A stretch of DNA of 64,000 nucleotides from Bacteroidota bacterium (GCA_020444515.1 JAHLKX010000003.1:512997-576996), one strand, 5' to 3'. Counted from the first letter of the stretch, positions 18,268 through 28,445 are shown. The notes: generated from the sequence alone by a model not told the origin. Numbers and translations are program-made.

Positions 18268-18357
18268 CATCCGCGAGGGGGTGTTTTGAAACCAAAAAAC
18301 TGTGAAGTTAAGAATGAGCCCTGTGAAATGCATCACGACCCTGGTGAAGTAAACCAG

Positions 18358-19320
18358 CTAAAAACCGATTTCCTTCAATCGCTGGATCAAGTATTCACCT
18401 GCCGTGATATTTTCAAACTGTTTGGGATGGATTTCATCAATGCATTCAGGCAGGCAGGATAAATCCATGTTTGATTTTGGATGCATAAAAAAAGGGATCG
18501 AATACCTTGGGATATGCATCTGGTCTGGAGGAGGATTGATAACCCGATGCACCGTCGATTTGAGTTTGTTATTGGTCAATCGTGAAAGCATATCACCTAC
18601 ATTGACAACGACTTGCTCAGGTAGGGCGGTAATCGGGATCCAAACACCGTCTCTGCGTAAAACCTGTAATCCATCTGCACTGGCGCCCATTAATAAGGTA
18701 ATGAGGTTGATATCGGTGTGTTCGGCTGCCCGGACAGCATCTTTCGGAACACTTGCCGGATCTTTTACCGGGAAATAGTGGATTGGCCGAAGAATACTGT
18801 TGCCATTTTTAACCTTATTATCAAAATAACTTTCTTCCAGCCCCAGAAACAATGCCGCAGCTCTCAATAATTTTACTCCTGCCTTTTCGAGGGTGTGGAA
18901 TGCTTTCATTCCATAAACACTCAATTCGGTTACTTCTTCGGGGAATATATTGGGCGGATAAGCGGCGGTATCAGGATCCTTGGGGTCCAGAACCTGCCCG
19001 ATGTGGTAAAATTCCTTCAGATCAGGCGAATCAAACCCTTTGGCATGTTCTTTCATCTTGCCGATATAACCGCGCTGACCCTGAACATCGGGATCTTCAT
19101 ATTTCATTTTTATTTCATCAGGCAAAGCAAAAAATTGTTCAACAGCGTTATATAAGTGCTGACGATCATCTTCACTTAATCCATGATTTTTCAGAGCTAC
19201 AAAACCAATATTTGTCCATGCCTTTCCCAGTTTCTCAACAAAGTCTGATTTTTGTTTTTCTGATCCCGAGGTAAATTGAGTAAGATCAAGTGAAGGTATT
19301 TTATTATATAGCAAGGGCAT
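18358..19320 (-). CDS. 2-oxoglutarate/Fe(II)-dependent oxygenase (isopenicillin N synthase-like family)
   Basis: HxD facial triad AEHTDINLITLL. Distal His STVHRV. 2OG-binding RYSIPFF. Confidence 0.85.
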   Translation of the reverse strand: MPLLYNKIPSLDLTQFTSGSEKQKSDFVEKLGKAWTNIGFVALKNHGLSEDDRQHLYNAVEQFFALPDEIKMKYEDPDVQGQRGYIGKMKEHAKGFDSPDLKEFYHIGQVLDPKDPDTAAYPPNIFPEEVTELSVYGMKAFHTLEKAGVKLLRAAALFLGLEESYFDNKVKNGNSILRPIHYFPVKDPASVPKDAVRAAEHTDINLITLLMGASADGLQVLRRDGVWIPITALPEQVVVNVGDMLSRLTNNKLKSTVHRVINPPPDQMHIPRYSIPFFMHPKSNMDLSCLPECIDEIHPKQFENITAGEYLIQRLKEIGF

Positions 19321-19373
19321 AGCAATACATTTAAAGATTACCCTAAAAATACCACATTTTATTTAATGTATAA

Positions 19374-19404
19374 ATAAAAGGCCCCGGAGTCATACCCCGG
19401 GGCC
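19374..19404 (-). terminator. Rho-independent terminator downstream of the 19428-21128 gene
   Basis: GGCCCCGG / CCGGGGCC 8-bp GC stem with a 9-nt loop. Followed by TTTTATTTA on the minus strand. Confidence 0.7.
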
Positions 19405-19427
19405 CTATTATTTAGCTGAGAATAAAT

Positions 19428-21128
19428 CTAATTTACCACATTTTTGAATCCTTCCTGATCAAAATACTTCAGGAATTCCCGATCTTCTTTGGCTTTCTCT
19501 TTCATAGCAGGATCTTTTGCAATGGCTTTGCCAAGATATTCATACACCATGTCTCCATTATCGGAACGTGCACCGTAAACAGCCAACATATAATAGCTAT
19601 TAGCACTGGCAGGAGCACATTTGAGATTGGTCATTGCATCGTTCATGTTACCGGCCAATAGTTGTGCAAGTGCCACATTGTGATCGCATTTGGTGTTTTT
19701 GAAATAAGTAAGGGCTTTTTGATATTCGCCTTTTTGAATAGCCATAACACCCAGGTTATAGGATACATCTTCTCCATATTTCTGGGCATTCAGAAAATGT
19801 TGTTCTGCTTTGGCATAATCTTCCATATGAGATGCAACAACACCCATGTTATTTTCGATGACACCATTGTTCTTTGAGATTTTTTCAGCCTGACCCAATA
19901 AATTGGAAGCCTCACTGATCATATCCATTTCAATAGCTTCAACCGATGCATTGTTGTATGCTCTCCAATCCCTGTTTGGATTTGAGAAAGAAGCCCTGTA
20001 AATATTGTATTTGGCCTGATGATCTTCGGTAAGGGTGGCTGCATGCAATAGTTCAACATAATTCAATGAATCGGGACTGGTAACCGCCAATTGTGCAATT
20101 TCTTCATCTGTGCGCTTGGGTTCATAGCAGTTTACTTTAATCTCTGCTCTACGCAAAGCAGGAAGAATGTTTTCTTCAACTTCTTTATAAATGACAGTCA
20201 TATTACGGATTTCCTGCTCGCGCTTGGCTGCATCAGTTTGCGAATTCACAACATTGATAATGGTATTTTTATCTTCCAGATTTGAATTCCTGACAGACTC
20301 CATAAAACCATCCCAATCTTCACCATGTCCTTTGGCCATGTATTTTACATCCTCGGCATCGGTGAGTTTGGCAACTTTCTTTTCCATATATTTATGGGTC
20401 ACTTCCGCGCGATCCTCAGCAAGGTTATCGTTGAAATCGATTTCACCCTCGGGTGAGGCCCAGGCATCGATTGAAATATCTTTGATTTCCCAGCCTTTTT
20501 TCAGAAACTCATCCAAACCAGCAATACCTGCTTTGGCTTCATCGGCTTTATTGAGATCAATGTTCCAGTTGATATTGTATCTATTTTGCAGAAAATAAAT
20601 GGTACCCATCTCGGATATGATGGTTTCACGCTCATACCCTGAAGGGGCCAAAATGGCATGTTCGGTGTGTGAGATATTTTCATAGGTTGCGATGATCCCA
20701 TCAGCTAGTTTGATATCTTTAAATTCCTGAACCTTGCTACCTTTCATAACCTTGGCATCAACAAAAAGTTCGGAGGCATGCATGGCATCATTGTATTCAA
20801 AATTTTCAGAGTAGGTAAAACTTCCACCAGTTTTTGAATTAATAACAGTGCCTTCGCCTTCGGTTTTTTCACCACGAAGGGTAAATTTCTTTAATTCCTT
20901 GGTTTGATCCCCGTACTTTAAATAAGGAGTAAACTCTACTTTGGCTTTTTTATGAAAAGATTTTTCAGGGACTGTTCCTGTTACTGTGAAATCAACGTCA
21001 CCACCTTTAGCTTCAAGTACTTCCGGTTCTACATTATATGATTCAGGCAGTTTTGTTGACATACATCCTGATAAAAACAGGATGGACAGAACAAGAGTAA
21101 ATAATAAAAGACCTCTTTGTGATTTCAT
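19428..21128 (-). CDS. Lipoprotein of unknown function with C-terminal TPR-like repeats
   Basis: ATG at 21128 gives MKSQRGLLLFTLVLSILFLSGC (lipobox). The ORF-track start at 21158 is TTG. The C-terminal third has TPR-like helices (AKAEQHFLNAQKY, YQKALTYFKN, AMTNLKCA). Confidence 0.7.
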   Translation of the reverse strand: MKSQRGLLLFTLVLSILFLSGCMSTKLPESYNVEPEVLEAKGGDVDFTVTGTVPEKSFHKKAKVEFTPYLKYGDQTKELKKFTLRGEKTEGEGTVINSKTGGSFTYSENFEYNDAMHASELFVDAKVMKGSKVQEFKDIKLADGIIATYENISHTEHAILAPSGYERETIISEMGTIYFLQNRYNINWNIDLNKADEAKAGIAGLDEFLKKGWEIKDISIDAWASPEGEIDFNDNLAEDRAEVTHKYMEKKVAKLTDAEDVKYMAKGHGEDWDGFMESVRNSNLEDKNTIINVVNSQTDAAKREQEIRNMTVIYKEVEENILPALRRAEIKVNCYEPKRTDEEIAQLAVTSPDSLNYVELLHAATLTEDHQAKYNIYRASFSNPNRDWRAYNNASVEAIEMDMISEASNLLGQAEKISKNNGVIENNMGVVASHMEDYAKAEQHFLNAQKYGEDVSYNLGVMAIQKGEYQKALTYFKNTKCDHNVALAQLLAGNMNDAMTNLKCAPASANSYYMLAVYGARSDNGDMVYEYLGKAIAKDPAMKEKAKEDREFLKYFDQEGFKNVVN

Positions 21129-21431
21129 GATCGTTAATTTTGGTAATTTTAAATTCAACTAAATATGTTGCGAAAATAGTACTTTTAGTGGTATCTTAGC
21201 AAGATTCTGTTAAAAACTTTTTAAATTTTAATATCGGTTACCATACAGACATTGAACTACCAAAAGGAGATTTCATTAATAAATGATGATGATGGAGCTC
21301 CTATTTCTTACAAAAACTGTTGCAAACATTAATTCCCAGCATGATTTTTAATCCAATTTAGAACAAATTTAAGCAGATATCATCGCTTTAATTTATTAGT
21401 TTTACCCTCCTTAAAATTTAATACTGTTGCA

Positions 21432-23396
21432 ATGAAAAAGATAATTCTTATTTTATGGTTATTCATTTTGTATTTTCAATCATTTTCGAATACCGATATC
21501 TGGGACTTGATAAGAAAATCAGGTGATCAAAAAGACCATCCGGGAAAATCGGAACTGATCATTTTTGATAGCACCCGGGTCGACGTTCAGGAAACCGGCT
21601 TGAGTTATGTAAACATGCACAAACTGATTAAAATCCTCAATGAACGTGGTGCAAAAGAGAATGCCATTGTAAAGATAGGATACGATCCCCTGTCAGCATA
21701 TGTTGAGATTCAAAGTGTAAAGATTTACCGGAATACCGGGGAACTGGTGACGCTCGATATGGAAAAGGTACAAGATTATCCAGCCCCTGCACGCGCTATA
21801 TACTGGGGTGCCAGTGAGAAGATGATAGGAGTGGGACACCTCGAAGTGGGAGATGTTATTGAAATCGAGTTTTTCCGTAAAGGTTTTACCTATGCTCTGC
21901 TCCTGGACGGCATTGTGGATGATGAAAAATACATTCCACCGATGCGGGGTCATTTTTATGATATCGTTGAATTTTGGAGCAGCCAACCAGTGATGGAGAA
22001 GGTTTATCAGGTAAAAATTCCAAATGATAAACTGGTCCAGTATAAAGTATACAACGGAGAAGTAATGGTTTCGGCTGTGCCCGATGGGGATGATTTTATT
22101 TATACCTTCACAAAATCAGATTTTTCGGAGCCCAAAAGTGAACCATCCATGGTGGCCAAATCTGATGAATTTACCAAATTATTGATCTCAACCAGCCCGG
22201 ACTGGTATGCCAAATCCTTATGGTTTTATGGTGTAAATGAAGATTTTGGCAGTTTCGAATCAACACCGGAAATAGACCGCAAGGTAGCGGAAATACTCCA
22301 GGATGCCACTGATGAAATGGATTCCGTTTCCCTCCTAACCCATTGGGTTGCCGACAATATCCGGTATTCAGGAATTTCAATGGGTGAGGGTGAGGGATAT
22401 ACCTTACATAAAGGAGAGATGACTTTCAGCGATCGATGTGGTGTTTGTAAAGATAAAGCCGGGATGCTGATAACGATGTTGCGGGCCGCAGGATTTGAGT
22501 CCTATGCTGCAATGACCATGGCGGGTTCGCGGATTGATCGTATTCCTGCAGATCAATTCAATCACAGTGTAACCATTTTAAAACTTTCAGATGGTAAATA
22601 CCATTTACTGGATCCTACCTGGGTGCCTTTCGTCAGAGAATTGTGGTCGAGCCTCGAACAGCAGCAAAATTACCTGATGGGGGTTCCGGAGGGCGCCGAC
22701 CTGATGATCACGCCCATCTCCCCACCGGAAAATCATTACCTCAAGATAAATGGCACTTCAGTATTGGATGAAACCGGTGCTTTAACAGGACAATTCACCC
22801 TTGAGGCCGAAGGGCAGTCAGATGCAGCCATTCGTAGGATTTTCACCGGTAGTTACAGAACAACCTGGGAGCAAAACCTGGAAAGGGAATTGATCTCAGT
22901 TCATCCCCGTGCTCAAATCATCCATGCAGATTATGGAGACCCGATGGATTATCAAAATTCTAACCTTAAAATTACAGTTGATTACAAAATTCCAGACTAT
23001 GCATTTGTAACGGATAAGGAAATCATTGTAACGCCTGTAGTCGTCTCTAACATCTTTAAAAGGGCGATGTCGCATTTATATGTCAATACAGATGTCAAAG
23101 AGCGAAAGTATCAATTTCGTGATCGGTGTAGCAGAAGTGTTCAATTAAGTGAAACCGTGACTTTACCTTTCAATGTTGAAATTGCGTACCTGCCGGCAAC
23201 CGAATTAATGAGCGGATCTGGGGCTTCCTTTAAAGGTGCTTTTTATGTGGAGGGAAACCAACTTACTGTGACCGAAAATATGAAATTCAAAAAAAGAATC
23301 TATGATCCAGAAGATTGGGGCTCTTTTAAAAGTGCCGTTATTTCGCAAAATAAAATAGCCGAAGAACCGGTCATTTTGAAAATCACCGATTTATAA
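21432..23396 (+). CDS. Secreted DUF3857-like + transglutaminase-like cysteine protease-fold protein (catalytic Cys present)
   Basis: Signal peptide. Transglutaminase core DRCGVCKDKAGMLITMLRAAGFESY followed by FNHSV...LLDPTW (Cys-His-Asp). Confidence 0.75.
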   Translation: MKKIILILWLFILYFQSFSNTDIWDLIRKSGDQKDHPGKSELIIFDSTRVDVQETGLSYVNMHKLIKILNERGAKENAIVKIGYDPLSAYVEIQSVKIYRNTGELVTLDMEKVQDYPAPARAIYWGASEKMIGVGHLEVGDVIEIEFFRKGFTYALLLDGIVDDEKYIPPMRGHFYDIVEFWSSQPVMEKVYQVKIPNDKLVQYKVYNGEVMVSAVPDGDDFIYTFTKSDFSEPKSEPSMVAKSDEFTKLLISTSPDWYAKSLWFYGVNEDFGSFESTPEIDRKVAEILQDATDEMDSVSLLTHWVADNIRYSGISMGEGEGYTLHKGEMTFSDRCGVCKDKAGMLITMLRAAGFESYAAMTMAGSRIDRIPADQFNHSVTILKLSDGKYHLLDPTWVPFVRELWSSLEQQQNYLMGVPEGADLMITPISPPENHYLKINGTSVLDETGALTGQFTLEAEGQSDAAIRRIFTGSYRTTWEQNLERELISVHPRAQIIHADYGDPMDYQNSNLKITVDYKIPDYAFVTDKEIIVTPVVVSNIFKRAMSHLYVNTDVKERKYQFRDRCSRSVQLSETVTLPFNVEIAYLPATELMSGSGASFKGAFYVEGNQLTVTENMKFKKRIYDPEDWGSFKSAVISQNKIAEEPVILKITDL

Positions 23397-23410
23397 AACA
23401 TCACCCTAAA

Positions 23411-25240
23411 ATGACAAAGACAATGAAATATATTATAGGCTCATTTTTACTAATCTTCAGCATTGGACTGAAAGCACAGCAAACACAAACCGATGCTGTG
23501 TATGAGAAGATAATAAAGGAATATACCCTTAACAAGGATGGATCACAGGAATTTCACTATTATAAAAAATTGAAGTTAAACACCCATTATTCCTTCAACC
23601 GTCTTTATGGCGAGACCTTTATAATTTATAATCCGGAGGTTCAGAAACTTACCATCAACAATTGTCAAACCACCCACCAGGATGGAAAAGTAACAGAAGC
23701 CCCTTTCAATGCGCTGAATGAGGTTTTGCCCCGGTTTGCATCCGATGCCCCTTTTTATAATCATTTGCGTGAAATGGTGGTCACGCATCCCGGGACTGAG
23801 GTTGGCGCTATCCTTGAGTTGGACTATACATTGTTTACCGCAGCCGGATATTATCCCGGGCTGATGAACGATGAGATTTTAACCGAATCGTCACCGGTAC
23901 AAAAAGAAGAAATCGTCATTCGAATACCAGAAAATGAGGAATTGAATTATAAAGTTTTTAATCTCAGGACTGCTCCAGAGATAACATCTGAAGGCAATTT
24001 TAAGGTATATCGTTTTACTTTTTCGGGTATTAAAGAAAACAGTCATGAAAGTTATCAACCTATAAACCAGGCTCACCTGCCGAGGATCATATTCAGCACC
24101 CTTACCTGGGAAGAAGCATTGCAATTTGTTTATCAGCAACCCATATGGAATTACAAGACCGATAAAAAAATGCAGGAACTCGTTTCGGAAATCAGGGCAG
24201 ATAACAAATACGATCTTCCTTTTATATTAAAGCTGAATAAAGAGGTTGCTGAAAACATAAATAACTGGCAGATTCCCTGGAATTATGCGGGATATAAGGC
24301 CCGTATCCCCATTGAAACCTGGGAAAGCAACGGTGGTAATCCCATTGAAAAAAGTCTCATGTTTACGGCCCTTTTAAGAGAAGGTGGCATCAATGCCTAT
24401 CCTGCACTGGCTATTCCTTCTGAATTATACGATCCGAACATCGGATGCCTCCCTCTGATTCAGGATTTTCTGGTACAGGTGAACCCTCGTGAACTGGAAC
24501 AAATGTACCTTTCGGCTACCCATGTTTCGAATCAAAACAAAGTTTTTCAATTGGATGGTCAGACCATGATCGGACTAAATCCTGAAAATCCCTGGTCAGA
24601 AGAGATTTCAGGTCCGTTCGAAAATAAGGTGATAACCAATGGCACCCTCATTTTCGATGATTCCTTAAAATGTTCTGGAAGTTTTGAGATTCTGCTCACT
24701 GAGGGCGTCAATCCATATTATGACCTGGAGTTGGACAGCAATTCCATAAAATCATTCATCTCAGGGTTCAGTGGTAAAGAGATTATTGCATCTTCCATCA
24801 TTAACAATGCGCAATTTCGGTCACTGGTCAATCTAAAGGTACAATCTAAAAAACCGGCTCATCAGCAAAATGGATATTATTTTTTCGAACTACCAGAGAA
24901 CAAAAAAGGTACTTCTGCATGGCATGTCAACTATCTGCATTCCGAAAGGTCAACTCCTTTAGAGATTCCATTTGGGGTGAATGAGCAATACAGCTATGAA
25001 ATTACGATTCCCGAAAATACCAGACTGGTCAATCCCATTGAGCTAAAAGAAATGAAAACACCATTCGGTGAATTGGTATTATCTACCGCTCAAAAAGGAA
25101 ATAAAATCGTAGTAAAAAGAATGTTGATGATCCGGCAATCAGAAATATCTCAGGAATTTTATCCCGATTTTAAAAGCATGCTTGATCTGTGGAATGAGAT
25201 GAATTACAGGAAAATTATCCTGGCTGAGGAAAAGAATTAA
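23411..25240 (+). CDS. Secreted paralog of the preceding protein (DUF3857/DUF3858-like) lacking the catalytic Cys
   Basis: Signal peptide FLLIFSIGLKAQ. The equivalent core reads GNPIEKSLMFTALLREGGINAY, with Pro in place of Cys. Starts 14 nt after the upstream stop. Confidence 0.7.
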   Translation: MTKTMKYIIGSFLLIFSIGLKAQQTQTDAVYEKIIKEYTLNKDGSQEFHYYKKLKLNTHYSFNRLYGETFIIYNPEVQKLTINNCQTTHQDGKVTEAPFNALNEVLPRFASDAPFYNHLREMVVTHPGTEVGAILELDYTLFTAAGYYPGLMNDEILTESSPVQKEEIVIRIPENEELNYKVFNLRTAPEITSEGNFKVYRFTFSGIKENSHESYQPINQAHLPRIIFSTLTWEEALQFVYQQPIWNYKTDKKMQELVSEIRADNKYDLPFILKLNKEVAENINNWQIPWNYAGYKARIPIETWESNGGNPIEKSLMFTALLREGGINAYPALAIPSELYDPNIGCLPLIQDFLVQVNPRELEQMYLSATHVSNQNKVFQLDGQTMIGLNPENPWSEEISGPFENKVITNGTLIFDDSLKCSGSFEILLTEGVNPYYDLELDSNSIKSFISGFSGKEIIASSIINNAQFRSLVNLKVQSKKPAHQQNGYYFFELPENKKGTSAWHVNYLHSERSTPLEIPFGVNEQYSYEITIPENTRLVNPIELKEMKTPFGELVLSTAQKGNKIVVKRMLMIRQSEISQEFYPDFKSMLDLWNEMNYRKIILAEEKN

Positions 25241-25244
25241 AAAA

Positions 25245-25272
25245 TCCCGCTCAGCCAAAAAGCCAGGCGGGA
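25245..25272. terminator. Hairpin between convergent genes (possible bidirectional terminator)
   Basis: TCCCGC ... GCGGGA stem with a 16-nt loop, A-run before it and weak T content after it. Lies between stops at 25240 (+) and 25283 (-). Confidence 0.4.
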
Positions 25273-25282
25273 TAACATCTAT

Positions 25283-25759
25283 CTATAGTCCATGAATAAC
25301 TTTTGCCAATTTGGTTGATACCTCTCTGGCTGTTTTATCCAGATTTTTGTTGTCGAGCATTTTCATCATCATCTCTGGATTGGCAGCAACTACCTCGATG
25401 GTATTTTCATCCATCTGCTTCAGGATCACTTTGCAGGGCAGGAACACACCAATGTTAGGCTCAGCTTTAAGTGCTTCATAGGCAGAACCCGGATTACAAA
25501 CACCCAGTATCCTGTAAGGCATGATGTCGACATCTATCTTCTCCTTCAACGTTTTGGCCATATCCACTTCCGTTATCACCCCGAATTTTTCTGTCTTCAA
25601 AGCATCCACCACTTTTTGATAAACCTCTTCCATGGTCCCGTTTACTTGCTTTGAAAAGTATATTTTGTCATTGTTGTGTTTGGGCGCTTTTTCAGTCTGC
25701 CCAAATACCGATGCTGTTGCCACCAACATCACGATTGTAAAGATTTGAATTGTTCTCAT
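25283..25759 (-). CDS. Secreted DUF302-family protein
   Basis: Signal peptide. DUF302 hallmark ILGVCNPGSAYEALKAEPNIGVFLPCKVIL. Confidence 0.8.
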   Translation of the reverse strand: MRTIQIFTIVMLVATASVFGQTEKAPKHNNDKIYFSKQVNGTMEEVYQKVVDALKTEKFGVITEVDMAKTLKEKIDVDIMPYRILGVCNPGSAYEALKAEPNIGVFLPCKVILKQMDENTIEVVAANPEMMMKMLDNKNLDKTAREVSTKLAKVIHGL

Positions 25760-25830
25760 GTTGATTATTTTTTATGTTATAAATTTAGCGTTTAAATATC
25801 ACTAACAAAAAAAGAACCAAAATGTTAAAA

Positions 25831-25876
25831 TTGTCAATATGGCAAGTGCTATCTTGCACTTATCCTATCATTGACA
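25831..25876. promoter_or_regulatory. Nested inverted repeat between the GDCCVxC gene stop and the DUF302 gene start
   Basis: TTGTCAAT..AAGTGC-TATCTT-GCACTT..ATTGACA. No adjacent T-run, so it could be an operator or a weak terminator. Confidence 0.3.
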
Positions 25877-25904
25877 GTTATCAGATGAAACAACAATAGC
25901 AAAA

Positions 25905-26114
25905 TTATAAGGTGCAACAGCCGGTCTGCTCCGGCGGGCATTTTACCGATCCATAGGAACAGAACACACAACAATCACCTTTTTTGGGTTTCAATAAAAC
26001 ATGACAATTTGAACATTCATAAAAAAACAGACAGGTATCGGTGGGCATGATTTCTGCCTTTTTGAAACCACATTCAGGACAAGTGATGACCGATTTCGTT
26101 GCTACAGGAATCAT
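25905..26114 (-). CDS. Small Cys-rich GDCCVxC-motif protein (69 aa, 11 Cys)
   Basis: CPEC...C.....C..CH zinc-ribbon-like N-terminus, GDCCVFC motif, C-terminal GCC. Starts 10 nt downstream of the dsrE-like gene. Confidence 0.75.
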   Translation of the reverse strand: MIPVATKSVITCPECGFKKAEIMPTDTCLFFYECSNCHVLLKPKKGDCCVFCSYGSVKCPPEQTGCCTL

Positions 26115-26124
26115 AAAAACAAAT

Positions 26125-26445
26125 TTAAAAGGTGATCACTTTATCGGCCCATTCCACCATGTTCACGCAATCCATCATATTGGCGACAGGACAGCTTTCG
26201 GATCCTTCCAATTGCCTTGATTTCAGGCAGGTTCCGCAGGCAAGTATTTCACCACCAGCTTCGGCAAACTTTCTGAGTTGCTCATCCACATTGTATGTTT
26301 CATGAACCAAACCTTCGCATTCAACGGCTTCACCCATCAGGAATACCTTTACTTCATGACCTGACTTTTTGGAGGTATTGGCAAACCTGAAAGCATTCCA
26401 GGCTTTTTCATATGCTTTTGTTTCAATAATAATTCCGAATCTCAT
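26125..26445 (-). CDS. DsrE/DsrF-like sulfur-relay family protein
   Basis: 106 aa with a DsrE-like pattern: MRFGIII, FLMGEAV, ILACGTCLKSR. Confidence 0.75.
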   Translation of the reverse strand: MRFGIIIETKAYEKAWNAFRFANTSKKSGHEVKVFLMGEAVECEGLVHETYNVDEQLRKFAEAGGEILACGTCLKSRQLEGSESCPVANMMDCVNMVEWADKVITF

Positions 26446-26484
26446 ATTCCGAGCTTTTAGAAATTTAATTTAATAAAATAAACT

Positions 26485-27537
26485 TCAGGCGGGATCAAAA
26501 TACCGCTTTTTAAACCGTAAAGCTACATTAACCAGCGAGATCAATACAGGCACCTCCACCAGCGGGCCAATCACGGCAGCAAAGGCCTCTCCTGAGTTGA
26601 TCCCGAAAACAGCCACTGCCACGGCGATGGCCAGTTCAAAATTGTTACTGGCAGCGGTAAAAGCGATGGTTGCTGATTTGCTGTAATCTGCTCCAATTTT
26701 TTTGCCCATGAAGAAGCTCACCAGGAACATGATGATGAAATAAATGATCAAGGGTATAGCAATCCGCACCACATCCAAAGGTAGTTGAACGATATATTCA
26801 CCTTTTAGAGAAAACATAACCAGAATGGTAAACAGCAGAGCAATCAATGTAATGGGACTGATCTTCGGGACAAATTTAGTGTGATACCATTCCTTATTTT
26901 TTATCCTGATCAAAATAAATCTTGTCAAAAATCCGGCAATAAAAGGAATTCCAAGATATATAAACACACTTTCAGCAATCTGACCCATGGTAATGCTTTT
27001 TACGACATCAGTGGTTTCAATTCCAAACCAGCCAGGAAGAATAGCAATGAATACCCAGGCATAGACCGCAAAAAACAGCACCTGGAAAATGGAGTTGAAA
27101 GCGACCAGTCCGGCTGCATATTCAGTGTTTCCCTTAGCAAGTTCATTCCACACAATGACCATGGCAATGCATCGCGCCAGCCCGATCAGAATAAGGCCGT
27201 ACATGTAATGCGGATAATTATGCAGGAAAAGGATGGCAAGTGCGAACATCAACACTGGCCCAATGATCCAGTTTTGAACCAGGCTCAGACCAAGAATTTT
27301 GACATTTTTAAAAACCAGGGGCAATTCTTCATACTTCACTTTGGCCAGCGGCGGATACATCATCAGGATCAGTCCAATAGCAATAGGGATGTTGGTGGTA
27401 CCCACACTCATTTTATCCCAAAATCCAGCAATGGATGGAAAAAAATAACCCGAGAAAACTCCGACTAACATCGCCGAAAAGATCCAAACCGTTAAATAAC
27501 GATCCAGGAAGGACAGGCGTTTCGTAAGTTTCGTCAT
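26485..27537 (-). CDS. acr3: ACR3-family arsenite efflux transporter
   Basis: 10-TM protein. Signature [15 protein letters not shown] with the conserved Cys. [23 protein letters not shown]. Confidence 0.92.
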   Translation of the reverse strand: MTKLTKRLSFLDRYLTVWIFSAMLVGVFSGYFFPSIAGFWDKMSVGTTNIPIAIGLILMMYPPLAKVKYEELPLVFKNVKILGLSLVQNWIIGPVLMFALAILFLHNYPHYMYGLILIGLARCIAMVIVWNELAKGNTEYAAGLVAFNSIFQVLFFAVYAWVFIAILPGWFGIETTDVVKSITMGQIAESVFIYLGIPFIAGFLTRFILIRIKNKEWYHTKFVPKISPITLIALLFTILVMFSLKGEYIVQLPLDVVRIAIPLIIYFIIMFLVSFFMGKKIGADYSKSATIAFTAASNNFELAIAVAVAVFGINSGEAFAAVIGPLVEVPVLISLVNVALRFKKRYFDPA

Positions 27538-27550
27538 AACCTTATTTTTG

Positions 27551-27630
27551 GAACGCGGATGACACAGATCATGCAGATTTCCGCTGATTTCAATCGTCGC
27601 TGATCTGTATAATCCGCGTCATGTGCGTTC
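27551..27630 (-). repeat. Intercistronic palindromic element, copy A (80 nt) between arsM and acr3
   Basis: Sense strand: GAACGCACATGAC...AATCAGCGGAAATCTG...GTCATCCGCGTTC. The terminal arms pair (6+5 bp), as does an inner 8-bp ACAGATCA/TGATCTGT. Its first G is the last base of the arsM TAG stop. Confidence 0.8.
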
Positions 27631-28430
27631 TATTTAACAGCGAATACAGTAATACTATAAATCCCGGTATCACCCGCTTTAAATTCAGCAAGTTCCTCTT
27701 TGGAAAGATATTTCGAAAGTATTTCATCCGGTAAAATGATCTCCTTCTCTTTTCGGATTTGAATGTTTTTGAACCCCGATTTTTCAATGATACCAAGATA
27801 CTCCTCTTTTTGTAAGGAACCTGAAACGCAGCCGGCATACATCTCAGCATCCTTAATTAATGCATCCGGAAGATCACCCGACAACACAATATCACTCACA
27901 CAAAAATGACCACCTGGTTTAATTACGCTGTGCATGCGGGAGAAAGCCTTTTCCTTATCGGGCACAAGGTTTAAAACACAATTGCTGATAATCACATCAG
28001 CAAGGTCATTTTCAAATGGCATCTCTTCGATGTCGCCTTTCACAAATTCCACATTGGTGAATCCAAGTTTAGCCACATTGTTTTTGGCTTTGGTAAGCAT
28101 GGCTCCCGCAAAATCAAGACCGATCACCCGGCCTGATTCGCCCACAATGGAACGGGCCACAAAAGCATCATTTCCAGCTCCGGAACCAAGATCGATAACA
28201 GTATCACCTTCCGAAATTTCGGCATGCTCGGTGGGCAGGCCGCATCCAAGGCCCAGATCGGCATCCTTACTGTAACCTTTCACTTCGGTGTAATCATCGC
28301 TCATGATGGTATAATCCATATCGCCGCATCCGCAGGTGCTGCCACAACAGGAAGATTGGTTTTGTTCTTTCGACTGTAAAGCAATTTCGTTGTATTTGCT
28401 TCTTACTACGTCTTTTAGTCTTTCATTCAT
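27630..28430 (-). CDS. arsM: Arsenite S-adenosylmethionine methyltransferase
   Basis: N-terminal SCCGSTCGCG. LGLGCGLP. SAM motif VIDLGSGAGND. ISNCVLNLVP. YAGCVSGSL. All four conserved Cys contexts are present. ATG 28430 (MNERLKD) is preferred because the GTG at 28451 lies inside repeat copy B. Confidence 0.92.
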   Translation of the reverse strand: MNERLKDVVRSKYNEIALQSKEQNQSSCCGSTCGCGDMDYTIMSDDYTEVKGYSKDADLGLGCGLPTEHAEISEGDTVIDLGSGAGNDAFVARSIVGESGRVIGLDFAGAMLTKAKNNVAKLGFTNVEFVKGDIEEMPFENDLADVIISNCVLNLVPDKEKAFSRMHSVIKPGGHFCVSDIVLSGDLPDALIKDAEMYAGCVSGSLQKEEYLGIIEKSGFKNIQIRKEKEIILPDEILSKYLSKEELAEFKAGDTGIYSITVFAVK

Positions 28431-28445
28431 TGCGCTAATATTTTG

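Noticed and set aside
26881-27468. 195-aa plus-strand ORF
   Set aside because: It is antisense to the ACR3 transporter gene, which has unmistakable family signatures. Its translation has no recognisable features.
27590-27850. 86-aa minus-strand ORF spanning repeat copy A, and the GTG-extended N-terminus of arsM (28431-28451) spanning copy B
   Set aside because: Both are read-through of the palindromic elements. The arsM homology begins at the ATG at 28430, and the 86-aa ORF overlaps the arsM 3' end out of frame.
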